DNA of 64,000 nucleotides from NCBI GenBank assembly GCA_012295275.1, contig CM022678.1:13392001-13456000 (forward strand), written 5' to 3'. The notes beneath the pieces are model-generated. The model made no database searches. It saw only the letters and a program-made list of their open reading frames with translations, and was not told where the DNA came from. Position 1 is the first letter of the stretch; every line of letters starts with the position of its first letter. The stretch comes from Chrysomallon squamiferum (taxonomy: Eukaryota; Animalia; Mollusca). Shown piece after piece: positions 14,373-28,652 of the stretch. Position numbers and translations under genes: made by a program.

Positions 14373-15786
14373 TTATGATCGGTACACGGTCTGTGGTGGG
14401 TAACCTCTGTCGTGCCACTCGGCGTCTTTCGATTCGCGAGATGCCTTGTACAGAAAAAGACTGGAGACGATGCTGAATATTCCCGACATGCAGCAAAAAC
14501 CGTATGACCAGGACAGCAAATTCATATCAGGCCGAGGCACCCAGTCTCGATCTTCCTTCTTGATTCCAAACACAACCACAGATAGAAACACGAGGAGCAC
14601 TGAAATAAATGAATATATATTTTTTACATTTCTACATACGAAATTACGTCGTAAAAAATAGAAAGGAAATTGAAGCCGCCCTATATCTTTACAAGTTTCT
14701 TTTTAGTTATATTTTATAAACAATGTCTTGAAAATAGATAAATAATTAATTTTGAAATAATAGAATATGTATTTATGGTGAGTTATTTTTCTCTTTCATA
14801 TTCTTTGATGACAGAATAAAACATTTACACACTTATTTTTCACATGACACAACCAGGACTGGACTGGCAGTTCCTTACAGTTTAAAGTATTCACAATCTG
14901 TTGCTTGTTTTTTGGTGACGTTTGTTGTTTTTTCTTTTCTAATTATGAGTGACCTGCCAGGTTGTTTCCCTATATGCTACAAGCCGAACTATATTCGTTA
15001 TTATATTAGATTAAAAGTCGAGTTTTTATTTATTTGTTTATTTATTTTAAAAAAAATTTAAATAATTTTTATTTATTTATTTATTTATTTATTTGCTTAT
15101 TTGCTTATTTACTTATTTCTATTTTTCCAGCTGCATTTTGTTATACTAGCTTTTACAAACTGGCTATGATAGAAGGAAATTAATGTTTATGAATATGTAT
15201 TTGTGTCGTTTGCATTTTAGTCGCAAAAGTTTTGACGTATTAAAATCTGGGATATCTCACGTGACTGAAAAAAAGCAATAGATGATGTAAAACAGTGGCA
15301 CTTACAGCAGACGGCCATGATTCCAGCTGACCCCATTAAGATGACTGAGTTGAGATAGTGGGGAAAGAGTTTGAAAATGAAGAGAATGAGACAGAGAGCG
15401 ACCAGCACTTGAAACAACAGCGTCACACTAACCATCACCTGCACCGCGATAAACCACGCTGAAAATAAACAAACAATTATTTTATTTAGGCATCAAAAAC
15501 AATTAAATAAACTTCTTCTTCTTATTATTATGATAATTGTTATAATTTTTTGTTTTTTTTTGTTTGTTTGTTTGTTGTGCTTTATATTATAACCAGTCTC
15601 TGGAGATCAGAATATAATACACCCGTTAGTTATATAAAATATGCATTTCAGTAATCACGTTGCTAGCTAATTTATATATAAATAGCAGAGAAGTTATTAT
15701 ACCATTTCTAAACTACTCCATCACAGAATGTGAGTACATATTATTTACAAGACCAAATAATTTTATGTGGACCAGTGTTTCGTATG

Positions 15787-15859
<73 letters not shown>

Positions 15860-16761
15860 ATACACATCAGCTACTGTTATCAGTTTGCATAAAATAATAA
15901 ATTAGTCAGATGTCGTCAAAAAACACTTTAGTACACTTCTAATACTCATTTATAATAGTTTATCATCTCCTGCAGAATTTTATACTTTTCTTTCTTTCTT
16001 TTCTCTTTTTTATTTACATATTTATTTTTTCATTTTAAACTAATAACAGATTTATAATTATGATTATTTTTTCATCCTTCGCATTTTCTTTCTCATATCG
16101 ATGAAATGTCATCTTATTTTTCTTGTTTCTTTCGTAATTTACTTATTTTTATTATTTGATGTTATCAGTAGAATCGATATTTCTTATTCTTAGAAGAACA
16201 ATATTATTATTAGTAAAATCCGTTTATTTGAATTTTTGGGGTTTGTTTCCTTTATTATTATTATTATTATAGACAAGCTACATTCAATAGGCAATATTAT
16301 GAATATAATTTAATTTTCATTTCCTTAATATTATTTATTTATTTTTATTATATTAAAATGTCAACACTATAAACATCAGTTATTTAAAACTACAAGCGTA
16401 ACGCCCGCCATCTTTGATTTCTAATAATACTAATACATACACACCTGAACAGGTGCTATAACAATATACACATAATACAGGTGTATAAATGTTAATAAAA
16501 TTACTTACGTGGGGATATCCATTCCCAGATAGGTCTAATTGCATTTGAGAATATGTACCAGCAACCTTTGTACCGTTTTCCGTTGTAATCTTTGTAGAAA
16601 GTGTAGTCATTGAAGCAAACTTCCCACAGACCGATCTTGACAAACCGACCCTGGAACTTACCCCAGGATTCCACCCAGTACGGGCTGGCGAACGCAACCA
16701 CCATGCACACGACAGCCACGGCAACGAAGCCGATGCCAATGAAAGCCGTTATTCGGCCCAT
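14373..16761 (-). CDS. Invertebrate claudin-like tetraspan protein A (PMP22/claudin superfamily), 3 coding exons, about 210 aa
   Basis: Exons 16761-16509, 15458-15306, 14599-14373. ECL1 signature W...GLWEVC...GC, then PPWFIAVQ, four hydrophobic segments, and DWVPRPDMNLLSWSYG before TM4. Confidence 0.9.
15789..15866. repeat. (CA)n microsatellite in claudin A intron 1
   Basis: Direct observation; it produces the spurious HTHT ORF. Confidence 0.9.
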
Positions 16762-17264
16762 GGTTTTGTTTTAATCTTTGTTCTTAAAAAATCATCAAAA
16801 CTTTCTGGTATGGCGTTCTTCCGTTATTAGGTCATTTCACCTGAAGCCTGAATAATCTCTCTTGAAAACTCACCTATCATAAAATACCTGAAAAACAAGG
16901 GAGACAACTGGTCTGGGTGTTTTGTTAAAAAGTTTTTACCTGGATGAATCCACCTACTAGCGATTTAAAGGGATGACTGGCTGGTTAGAATAATTCAAAA
17001 ATCAGAAACATTATTTTCTTACACAGGATATGCAGAGAGAAGAGAGTCAGAGATTAGTTAAATAGTTCATGTGATGTAGATGTAAATCTATCGCTTTATT
17101 ACAAAATAAATGTAAATGTATACTTCAGCAGTAAACACCGTTATAAAAATAATTTTCAACAGATAAACAAATTTACAATTAAGAATAAATGAATGATATA
17201 TTCCTGTCCTAGTTTTCTTCTGATAAAATATTTTAAATGTCAACAGATTAAGAGTTATTTATTT

Positions 17265-17308
<44 letters not shown>

Positions 17309-18173
17309 TTATCATCATTATCATCATCATCATGAGTATTTGTTTTATTAATTTTTTAAATTTATACTTTTTACTTTATTTTATTTTATACATAATGCTT
17401 CTGAAGTGTACTAAAGTGTTTTATGGAAACAAGTGACTGATATATTAGTGTAGAGTATCTATGAATCACTAAGTAATGTCAGTAATAGATACGTTTCTTT
17501 AACACTTATCTAAAGTTATCTACTGATATATGCAAAACATCGGTGTTATTTACGTGTGTATGTAATTATGATATTTATATATGTTTGTGGATATGTGTCA
17601 GATTGTGTGTATTTACTAGTATGTATGTGGCAGTGTGTGTCTATGCACGAGTACAAGTATGGGAGTATGTGTCGAGGTGTAAATAGTATGTGTGTGTAGT
17701 TTTCAAGTATTTATTTATTCTTCAGCTGTTTTGTTTTGATATGTTTATTTATTTATTTTATTTTGTTTATTATTATTATTTTTGTTGTTTTTGTTGTTTT
17801 GGTTGTCATTATTATTATACAAACCGTTATTAACTTCATTCTTCCAATCTTTTAATTTTTAATGCATTCTTATTTTTATTCTACTTATTATTTTAAGTTG
17901 AAAAAAAGAAAAGAAAAATATCAATAATTTTATTTACTAAATATATTAAAAGTTAAGTTTCAAGAAATATTTCGGTGAATTAATATTTCAGTTTCTCCTT
18001 TCGATAATACACCATATTTTTTGCTGCCTAAATTAAAACTGGGGACGTCTTTTTCTTCTCTTTTTTTAGCGCTATTACGATCTCATGAGATATCGTTGAG
18101 TACAAGGTCAAGGACACAAATCTATTTCCTTTACATTTTCTTTGCTTTTATTTTCTTTACTAGAGTGAGGTAG

Positions 18174-18865
18174 ATGTATCAACTAAATATAAAAATAATT
18201 TTTGCAGGTATTTTATAATTATTTTCTATTCCTAGCATTGCATTTGTGCTTCTTTTCGATTAATGTTTGTCAGTGTTTTTAGTTTTAGTTTTTTTTTTTA
18301 ATGAAAAAGAAAATGATTTTTTTTTTCTCAACTCACCGTTCTCGATCAAATGAACTGACTTCGTTGATTTTCATAAAATAAAATAAAAATTACCTCTTAA
18401 ATGACCCCAGTTCATTCTTTACTTCTTCTTCTTCTTCTTTGTCTTCTTCTTCTTATTATTTATTGGTAATGAAAACTATTTCCAAAACTGATGAAGTAAG
18501 TACAGTTTCGGCACAAAAAGATATATCTTTTGGTCAGTGCCCGAAAAATATAGAAATTACATTCATCTTTGTGTGTACAAGGTTTGCATGATAACTTATA
18601 TTTTACACATATTATATTACACTGTGTTGTGTTATCATAAAATAAAATTAAAAAGCTTTTTTCTTTATTTATTATTATTATTTTTTTATAAGTAATCGGC
18701 GATGGGACATTTGATAATAAAAATAATAATGTATAATTATTTGTTAGAATTTTTACACAGGATTATGCTGTGCTCTTAAATATTTTAAAATATATTGTGG
18801 ATATATATGTTTTATTAATTATATGTCGGTTTAGATGTGCGTTAATTTTATTTTATTTTGGTTTA

Positions 18866-18901
<36 letters not shown>

Positions 18902-19938
18902 TATATATAATTTTATTTAGATTTTGATTTATTTATTTTATTATATTTTTCTCTCTCTATTTTATTCTTTTTTTCTCAGCAATTCTGATTTTTACCGCAA
19001 TAGCTATAGTTTTTTTCTCAAGCGATGTGATTCCTTTAAGTGTTTTTCATAAAACACCTGTCAAGAAAACACCTCCAAAGAAACCTCATCTGTGCATGGC
19101 ACTGCATGGGGGAACTGGTAATGTGATGTTCATGGTTGCTTCAGTGTACAGCACAGCCAGACAGCTGAACATGACCCCTGTTTTCAGTCAGCTGCATCTG
19201 CTCAAATCAACGTTTGATTTATCGATAAAGTTCTCTGAAGACTTCGCTAAGAGATGCAAGAATGCCTCGTCCATAAAAGAGCAAAAGGCCTGCAGTTACG
19301 ATTCGAAAATGTTGAAGACAATTAAGATTCTTCACACAGATTTTGCAGTGGATGGTTTCCTTCAGTCGTGGTTCTATTTCCGAAGTTTTTTCAAAGAAAT
19401 TCGAGAACTGTTCCGTTTTAGACCAGAGATCGTATATTCTGCGAATCATAAGCTGAAAGAAAAATTGATATGGAAATATGGAAAGAAAATACTGAAGTAC
19501 GTTCAGTCTGGCTCTCACAAGCTGGTAGGCCTGCACGTGCGGCGAGGGGATCTGCTTGATGAGGGGTATAAAGAATTCGGTTATGTGGTAGCCGAAAAAC
19601 AATATCTTCACCGAGCGCAGAAGTATTTCAGAGACAAGTTGTCGAATCTTACATTTGTCGTTTGTTCCAACGATTTCAAATGGTCAAGAAATGCAGTACA
19701 GGATAATGGTGACGTCATATTTATGGAAAACAATATGGTAGGAGTAGACCTGTATATTCTTTCACAGATGAACCACACGATATTCACGGTTGGCACGTTT
19801 GGTTGGTGGGGTAGCTGGCTTTCTAACGGAAGTGTGGTGTATTTCAATGACCACGTGACACCTGGCTCGCAGCTGTCACGAATGTACAGCACACACAGAT
19901 ACGACTACTTTCTTCCTGGGTGGTTCGGAATCACTTAA
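18174..19938 (+). CDS. Galactoside alpha-1,2-fucosyltransferase (GT11, FUT1/FUT2-like), type II membrane protein, about 330 aa
   Basis: The main exon 18980-19938 has the GT11 motifs GGTGNVMF, GFLQSWFYF, VGLHVRRGD, FVVCSND and TVGTFGWWGSWL. A predicted short exon 18174-18207 (ATG...GCAG|GT, phase 1) joins in frame to give the signal anchor MYQLNIKIIFAAILIFTAIAIVFF. The first exon is less certain. Confidence 0.9.
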
Positions 19939-20138
19939 AACTGTTTTATAATCATTGTATACTTCATTATCAGCAGATCATGAGCACAGGTTCTAATAAA
20001 TGAGTATAAAAGATGTTTGTTAAGATCATAGATATTTAAAATAATATTTTTCTTGTTAGTACTGTAAAAATAACTAAATGTTCATAGCAATAGTAATGGT
20101 GAAAGATCGTTTTTTTTTTATTATATTCAACCATCTTC

Positions 20139-20187
<49 letters not shown>

Positions 20188-22449
20188 ATAAACGTAATGC
20201 TTCTGTATTTGAATTTGAATTAATTAACCGCAGAGTATACATTTTTCAAAATACATAGGTTTTTTAATAGCCATTGATATAATAGTTGTCCACTGTAAAA
20301 TTGTATGAACTTTGTTAAAAAAGAAAACATTAGACTTATAATCATGACAGTAATGGAGAGTACTTCCACGACATCGTGTTTAAACTATCCGAAGAAGTTG
20401 TATGTATGTTTACCTCAACTACAACACCTTTTTATTAACAGATTTGACAGTAAACTGTTTGGAGAGTTAAAATTAAATAAACTTTGTGAAATAAAGACTG
20501 CGATGTTCTTTTAAATTCTTTGTTAATCATATTATGAATTTCTTCTTTATTGTTCTTCATCTAATGAACATTTCATATTTATTATGCTATTCGGGTGTTT
20601 CTAATTAACATCATCACCTTCATCATCATCATCATCTCATCTTAGCGATTATTATTTCAAAAATTCTTTTCCTTCTTCTTCTTCTTCTTCTTATTATTAT
20701 TATGTAATTCAATACTCTGTTGTAACGGAAGGTTTCAGAAAGAAGAAAAACTGTTATTTCTTCAGTGTTTATTTATAAAAATGTACAACAGTAAGAACAT
20801 GATATATATAAATGAATAATAATTAAAATATACAACTGTTCATTTAAAAACTCTATTTTTCCAATTAGTGATCGTTTTATAAAACAAAAAGAACAAAGTT
20901 ATATAAGAAGCAAATAATCAAATACGTCATCTTCGTAAAAACATTGTTCGAAAATTAACACAATAGGCGCCGCATTTGTAATAAAAATAACAGAGTGGTA
21001 GATGTTGTACTAACAGTGGTATCACAGTAGCTGCACCAGTAATAGTAATCATAGTACTATTAGCTGTAGTATATGAACATAATTTGTGGCTCTAGTAGCA
21101 GTAGTAGTTTTAATTTTAAAATGATACGGTATGCGTTCATTATATTCTGCTTCTGTTATCAAATATAGGCTGTACTTTTAATATAGTTGTAAAGTTTATA
21201 AACTAAATATTTATTTTAACTAATTAAAACATCAGCTAACTAAAAATACGAAAAATTTCACATTCATTCATTAATGTTACTCATAACAAAAATATATGAT
21301 TTAAAATAAGCTTTCATGATATATGAATTAAGTAATAAATGCTAAACAGAAATGACCCGAAATATACAATATACATATATATTTATATATTTATTTATAT
21401 ATTTAAATTATGTGCCACAGCTGTCAAACACCTATGCAGACACCCATGTGTAATATAATAAACATACGTTAAATACGCAAATACAAAGATCAGCTTTAAT
21501 AAATATTTAAAAAATAAATATTTTACGGATAATCAACCTGAAATTTTCAGTAATGAAGAGTTTAATGATGACGATGATGATGATAATGATAATGATGATA
21601 ATAATAGTAACCAATTAATATACAATTAATAGGCCAAGTATTACTGGTTTGCTTTTTTTGTTTTTTTAGTTATATTTTGTTCTTGTTGTTATTCTTGTTG
21701 TTATTACTATTAAAATATATTAATTACTAATGAAAATGTTAAAATATTGTAAATTTCAACAACAGATCGGAGAAACCATATGTAATCAAAGATATTTAAA
21801 ATTAGGTTTAAAAGATATTAAATAATAAAAAAATTACCTCATTTTAATCTGCAAATAACCAGTAATGTCATTAAAATTTAATTATATTTGCTAATAAGAT
21901 ATATACTAACTGTTTACAAAATCATGAATTAACTAATAATACAATTATAACAATTTTAACTGGAGACATACATAAAGTATATGTGTGGTGTGAAGGTGTG
22001 TGTGTATGTGTTTATTGTGTGTGTTTTTGTCTTGCATGATACTAACAAATATTCTGATCGAAAATTATGAAGCAGATTAAAAACTGAACATCCGATGTCG
22101 CGGTCATTATTTGGAATGTACGGAAAAAGTAATCTGCAAATTCTGTTGTCAGTACAACTACCCACTTTGTAGTTTTAAGTCCACGTTTCTTCTAAATCAC
22201 AGTCTGCATTTCGATTCCATCCTTCATAACATGCGAACGAAATGCTAAAGTTGTTACGTCATTCAGACATGCGCAGTTTCACAGTTTAATACAATGAATA
22301 TGAATGAATAAACATAAATAAAATTCCTGCGAACTGAGAGCTCATGCACTTCGAACACGCATACGTAATATTTAAATAAATTGCACATATGTACTTAATG
22401 TGTACATAATTCGCCAATGTATAAAACGTATAAAAATGGAGTTATTATT

Positions 22450-22730
22450 TCAGTATCTGCGAACTGGTGTCATGGCGTAGTTGGCTCGTCTGGAATGTTT
22501 CTGTGTTATGAGTCGTAGACGAAGTCCCTCTACGAGAAGACACATGCCCGCAAAGAGCGCCAAGAAACCTCCAAACACGGCGATTCCAAACGACCAAGAC
22601 AAGTAGTTCGAATCGGGGTGTGGCAACCAGTTTCGCTCCGTGTCGACTCTCACACCAAACATGATTGTAGCAATAGCTATTAAAAGCCCTGAAAATAGAG
22701 ACGTAACTTACTGGATTACTTTTTATTTTA

Positions 22731-22774
<44 letters not shown>

Positions 22775-23423
22775 GATAACGATAAAGTTTTTAAAAAAAG
22801 ACGAAGGCATAACGCTCATATTAACATGCATGCAAACACATACACATATAGACACTCGCACATAAAAATATTGCTATTCTAAGGAAATAAAATGTCTGAT
22901 ATCTAATAAATTGTTACGCTACCTGAAGCGAAGTTTCCTACACTGGAAGAGATGACGAGGATCCAGTCACTGCTTGCCGCACAGCACTTGATGAAATACA
23001 TAACAATAATCAACACTGTACCCACACTCAGAATTAGAGTTAAACACATCATCACCTGTATACCGATAAACCAGTCTGAAATAAAAATAACAATAACAAC
23101 AACAACAACAACAACAACAATAATTATAATAAACAAATTTAATAATAATAATAATAACTGTACTCCACTGTTAATACTACTTACTACTCCTAATAATAAC
23201 AACAGTAATAACTAATACCCCCCACAGATACCCACTGACACACGTGTAGAAATGCACACACGTGTATGTGTGTGTGTCTATGAATGTGTGTGTGTGTCTA
23301 TATATGTGTGTGTGTGTGTGTGTGTATGTTTCTGTGTGTGTTTGTACGTGTTTGTAAATATATATATATATATACCTATACACACACACGCATATATATA
23401 TATATATACATATACACATGCAT

Positions 23424-23499
<76 letters not shown>

Positions 23500-23514
23500 G
23501 TATGTGTATGTATA

Positions 23515-23592
<78 letters not shown>

Positions 23593-23950
23593 TATGTGTG
23601 TCTGTATATATATATATAGATATATACAGACACATATATATGTGTTTGTGTGCGTGTGTTAGTGATGAGTAAGTAAAATGCTGACCTGGTGCAAGCCATC
23701 TCCAGATTGCTCTCAGTTCAAATGAAAACAGAGCGTGACATCCATTGTACGTCTTGCCTAACCCGGCTCTGTTGTCGACGTAGTTGTTGAAACATGCCTC
23801 CCACAGTCCCATCTTCCCAAACCCCGTGTCCCTCTCCTGCAACGACTCTATCCAGTTGGTCGACGCCATCGCTATTACAACGCACATCGCACACAACGAC
23901 GTCAAAATCAGGCCAAGAATCGCTAGCCAAGTTATTCTCCCTGACGCCAT
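22450..23950 (-). CDS. Invertebrate claudin-like protein B, 3 exons, about 218 aa
   Basis: Exons 23950-23686, 23075-22923, 22688-22450. Motifs: NWIES...GLWEACF...[26 protein letters not shown]. Confidence 0.9.
23255..23660. repeat. Compound (TG)/(TA)/(TATATG)/(GATA) microsatellite in claudin B intron 1
   Basis: Direct observation. Confidence 0.9.
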
Positions 23951-26008
23951 CTTGATTTTTGAAAAATGACAACATTACCTGGGCAAGTCTATTTTTACAG
24001 GTGACAGAGGTGTGTGAGGTGTGATTCAAACTAACTGACGGTGAGTCTAACTTCTATTTCTGTCGCATACATTCAAATGAGGACATGTTTCTTGTATTAT
24101 ATTTTATTAGGTTGCAAGGTTATCGGTTTTGTTTGTGCCTGTCGTTTGGAATCGTGTGTATAAATATTAAAACAAAACATCATAAAAGACCACCTCGATC
24201 GCGCGATCAGTTCTTACACATTTATAGTGATTAGTTCACAAAACGGTACCCACTCCATCTGAAAATAGCATTTAAACAATAACAGTAAGAAAATGTAAAT
24301 AAAGAATAAAATATAAAATAAATAAAATTAGGAGAGGGAAAGGGGTGGAATAATAATAATAATAAAGGACAGTTTTTACACAGTAATTATGAAAGAATCG
24401 TTTTGGAATTTACACATGTGATCTCGCAGTTCATGATTAATTATTGACTTGGCATTTGAACAGTTTAAAAAGAAAAATGTAATAAAATTATAAACAGTAA
24501 TTGTGCTGTGATTCAGAAATAATGTTGCAACGGAGAATGTCTACGTGTTACAGTAAACATGGAAAATTAAACAAATACAAATATTTGTAGGTAAGTTGGT
24601 AAATGAGAAACTTGCGTAAAGTTAAGGGACAAAAGTTGTGAGAAAGATTAATGATCCATGTTACACAAGCAATCTGTAAAATATGAATTATAGATTGAAT
24701 AATACCTATGATAAAATATGTGGTTATATTTATGGTCTTATTTGAAAGAAACAGGGAATATGTAGTTAGTAAATTATAAATAAATAAAAACATAAATTAT
24801 CATATAGATAATATTAAATAATTTTGTAAGTACATATATATTAAATACATATACATATACATAATACAGTATATAAATAAATGAATAAATAAAATAAAAT
24901 AAAATAATAATAATATAAAAATAAAAAGTAAAAAAAATAATAATAATAATTAAATGAAGAATAGAAAAAAGGAAGTAAATAAAGAAAAAGAAAACTAATA
25001 AAATAAAATAAAGAAGAGGACAAACTCAGCAACATATTTTTATATAAAATGATTTATTAAACGTTTTTGTTAACTCATACAAATGATTAAAAAATATATA
25101 CAAAACTGTAATTCAATGAATGAATTACAAATTTACTTATTTAATTCTAAATATTATATTACAAAGAAAAAAAGATGGCTGAAATAACTAACTGAGCGGT
25201 GTAATGAAAACGTTAACATAAATTATTAGTAAAACGTCTCTCAACATTATCGTCTAACCGCGCACAAAGACACAATTTGCTTAAACTAGAAATAAATTTG
25301 AATTCATTTGGAAGGTTTGCTGTCAAATTAAATGAAATACAAGCAGTTACCACTTTTATTGATGAGGTAATTCGCTCGATTATGCTCCATGACGACTATT
25401 CGATAACACACACACACAGACCAGATAATGAAATCATAACGATAATTGTAAAGAGCAGAAATGATAATAACAGATGTAGTAGTACCAGTAGTACTAATAA
25501 AATTTTAGGTATGAAATTATGAACTTAAACAAAAATAAAACGAAACGAAGAGAGAATTATTAAATCATAAATGAAATAATTTTTTTTATTTATCTTAGAT
25601 ATAAAATGATATATTCTAAATATCTGAATATAATTTTTTATTATTATTTTCTTATGCTACCTTTAAAAGAAGAACAATATTAAATGTATGATATTTACAA
25701 TGTATGTACAAGTTATAAAAATGTTTGCTCTTTCTACAATCAGGATAGATAATTTTATGGTAGTTTTGAAAAATTTGCTGGTTGACTACACTGAAGCGAA
25801 TTTGTATTAGTCATGTATATATATAATTGCTTCTTCCACAGTAATAATCTGTCAAAAATCACATATTTTGTTTTCATCATTCATTTATTCATTGTTTTTT
25901 TTGTTTTTGTTTTTTTGTTTGTTTGTTTGTTTTTTTGTTAACTTATCAGACCTAAACCGCGGAAGACTTTATCCGACAACTGTTTATTTATTCTGAAGAA
26001 AATAATTT

Positions 26009-26487
26009 TTAAAATTTTCTCCTTTCTGCTTGCTGTGGTTTACGTTCCTGCAGCGCTAGTCGCATGGTTTCCGAGGTGAAGCACATGGCAGAGAAAACCG
26101 AGAAAAACGCCGACAGAACCGCGAATCCGAACGACCAAGAAAGATAGTTAGAATCAGGATGAGGCAACCACTGCCGGTCTACTTTCGTTTTCAGACCAAA
26201 GACGATGATACAAATTGTAGTACTCATGGCTGCAAATAATAACAATAACAACAACAGTAATTATAATACTAATGCTACTTCCATTTATTTCCATTTAATT
26301 TGTTCTTAAAAGTGGTAAAATATAATTTTAAAAAATATTTATAGATATATAATACAGAAATTATAATTTTTTTTTTTTTTTTCTAAAATGAGTTCTGTAA
26401 ATACCAGTGAAAAATTACATTTCCTTCTGTTAACATCATAACAAAGATATATGAACCATAAAAGTGAATAAAAGTTTTAAAATTGTG

Positions 26488-26538
<51 letters not shown>

Positions 26539-26877
26539 TTAAAAATAAATACATTTTTCATAAATTTTATATTAAAGGTAAATGTCAGTATGGATTTTAT
26601 TAATAAATTGCTAGTTATTATTTGTAAAGGTGAACTGTACAATGTAACAGTTTGTAACTTACCTATGACGTAATTTAAGATGCCGCAGTTGCGTGCATGG
26701 ATTTTAGCAGGGCACGATTTGCAGATGTACATGATAACGAAGAACAAAGTGACAATTGTCGTCAGAAAGGTCAAGGTCATCACAACTTGAATACCTAACA
26801 ACCAAGCTGGAAAAAAAAGGACAAAAATGTAGAAGATAAATACGTGATAGTATCGAACTGTTAATAACAAAAAAAAA

Positions 26878-26912
<35 letters not shown>

Positions 26913-27038
26913 TGTTATGACTGTTGTTGTAAAACACACCTGTACCTTTTTATCGCAGAACTAAATAAAAATATTTTTCAATAATCAAATAACATTTTAT
27001 CATAATACAGATTTTATTTTGTTTTACTTTTTTTCTCT

Positions 27039-27082
<44 letters not shown>

Positions 27083-27435
27083 CAAACATTCAAAAACGAG
27101 CTTTAGCTATCCAAAATTATATACAATTAACTAGTTTAGCAATTTACGGTAGTTTAGCAATGTAATAATTTATAAAACACACGCTCAATAAAAACAAAGT
27201 ATTAGCTATCCAAAATTATATAGATAGAGTTTATATAATAATACATGCATAGAACATTTTGAGAGTTAAAAAGGTAGTTACTATGCAGTTAGACAGGTTT
27301 TAAATCTATCGTTAAGTAAGTGTATACAGATAAGAGTTTTATCAACACTTTATAATTTACATTTGTCTAGCTAAGTAATATAATGAGGTATCTGAAAGTA
27401 TAAAATACACATGCGAGGTTTAGCTCAAAATATAA

Positions 27436-27489
<54 letters not shown>

Positions 27490-27995
27490 ATACACACATA
27501 CACACATACATATGTACATACATGCTTAGGCTATCTGTAGAAGGTTATTAGCTATACACAGAGATGATGTTTAAGATTTATCAAATATTTCTGGACATTT
27601 TGACTGAGTAGGTTTACTCAGGTGAGAGCAAAAAGCAGTGAGTCCTGGGAACCACGTTGTTGTTGTGTTGAAACGTGACGACGACGTGGTACGCAGGCAC
27701 AACAACGTTTCCGTCGTGCCATGCGGCAACTTGTATTTTGTGTGTACTGATCACATCAACAGTTGACTGCGACATTCCGCATCAACACTTGGCCAAATTT
27801 TAAATGCAACATATTTTCATGCCTTTTTAACGTTTATTATTATTATTAGTTTTAAATATATTCTTCCTAAAACAAAACCATGAGATCATTACTGATTTTG
27901 TGCATTGATTTAATACTCATCTAGATTATACAAATTATATAGAAATTTGAACATATATATGTTATTAAAATCAATATATAAATGATTGTATTTGT

Positions 27996-28061
<66 letters not shown>

Positions 28062-28652
28062 TGTTTTTCAAATGTAGGTATATTTGTGTTTTTGAGTGGG
28101 AGTTTTTGTGAATGGGAGTTTTTGTGAGTAAATGCATATATTTATATAAATTGCATGGTTCTGCGTAGCTTTATGCATGCATATGGATATTTATGTACAT
28201 CATTAAATAACACATTGATAGTATGTATCATTTGTATTCAGTTTGGGCGTCTTTCATATATAAGGCAGCACAGGTATATTTCAATTTTCATTCTAGCAAT
28301 CATACACTAAATAACAGTTACATTTAGTATATGCTCAATAATAATAAAAAAACAAAACATTATACATACGAGGGTTCAGGTACGTCCAGATGGGCCTGTA
28401 CTCGAACGAGAAGACCCACCAACAACCGTAGTACGTTTTTCCTAGGTAATCTTTGTAATAGTTCCACCCATGGAAACACGCTTCCCACAAACCCATCCGC
28501 TGGAAACGTCGAGTTTTGTATTTGTCGTACTGCTCGATCCAGTATGGCGTACTGAAGGCGACGAAAAAACAAAAGAATGAAATAAAGCTGAAAATACCGC
28601 CAGACACTGATACCCAGTTCTTTATCCGGTCGCCGTAGCTTTTAGCCGCCAT
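26009..28652 (-). CDS. Invertebrate claudin-like protein C, 3 exons, about 215 aa
   Basis: Exons 28652-28370, 26806-26663, 26229-26009. Motifs: PYWIE...GLWEACF...[31 protein letters not shown]. Confidence 0.9.
27604..27782 (+). other. GC-rich multi-hairpin element in claudin C intron 1 (candidate structured RNA or repeat end)
   Basis: Stems at 27604-27621, 27651-27690 (about 18 bp with 5 G-U pairs on +), 27696-27720 and 27721-27782 (ATGCGG/CCGCAT enclosing CAACT/AGTTG). Confidence 0.35.

Noticed and set aside
19219-19892. Antisense ORFs over the fucosyltransferase (likewise over claudin exons and 5085-5590)
   Set aside because: Shadow ORFs of real coding exons.
20143-20187. Long poly-T as a retrocopy tail for the FUT gene
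   Set aside because: Wrong strand for a FUT poly(A), and similar homopolymers are common throughout the window.
23177-23685. C-terminal YIYI/HTHT part of the 257 aa ORF and overlapping ORFs
   Set aside because: Read-through into the claudin B intron 1 microsatellite beyond the donor at 23685.
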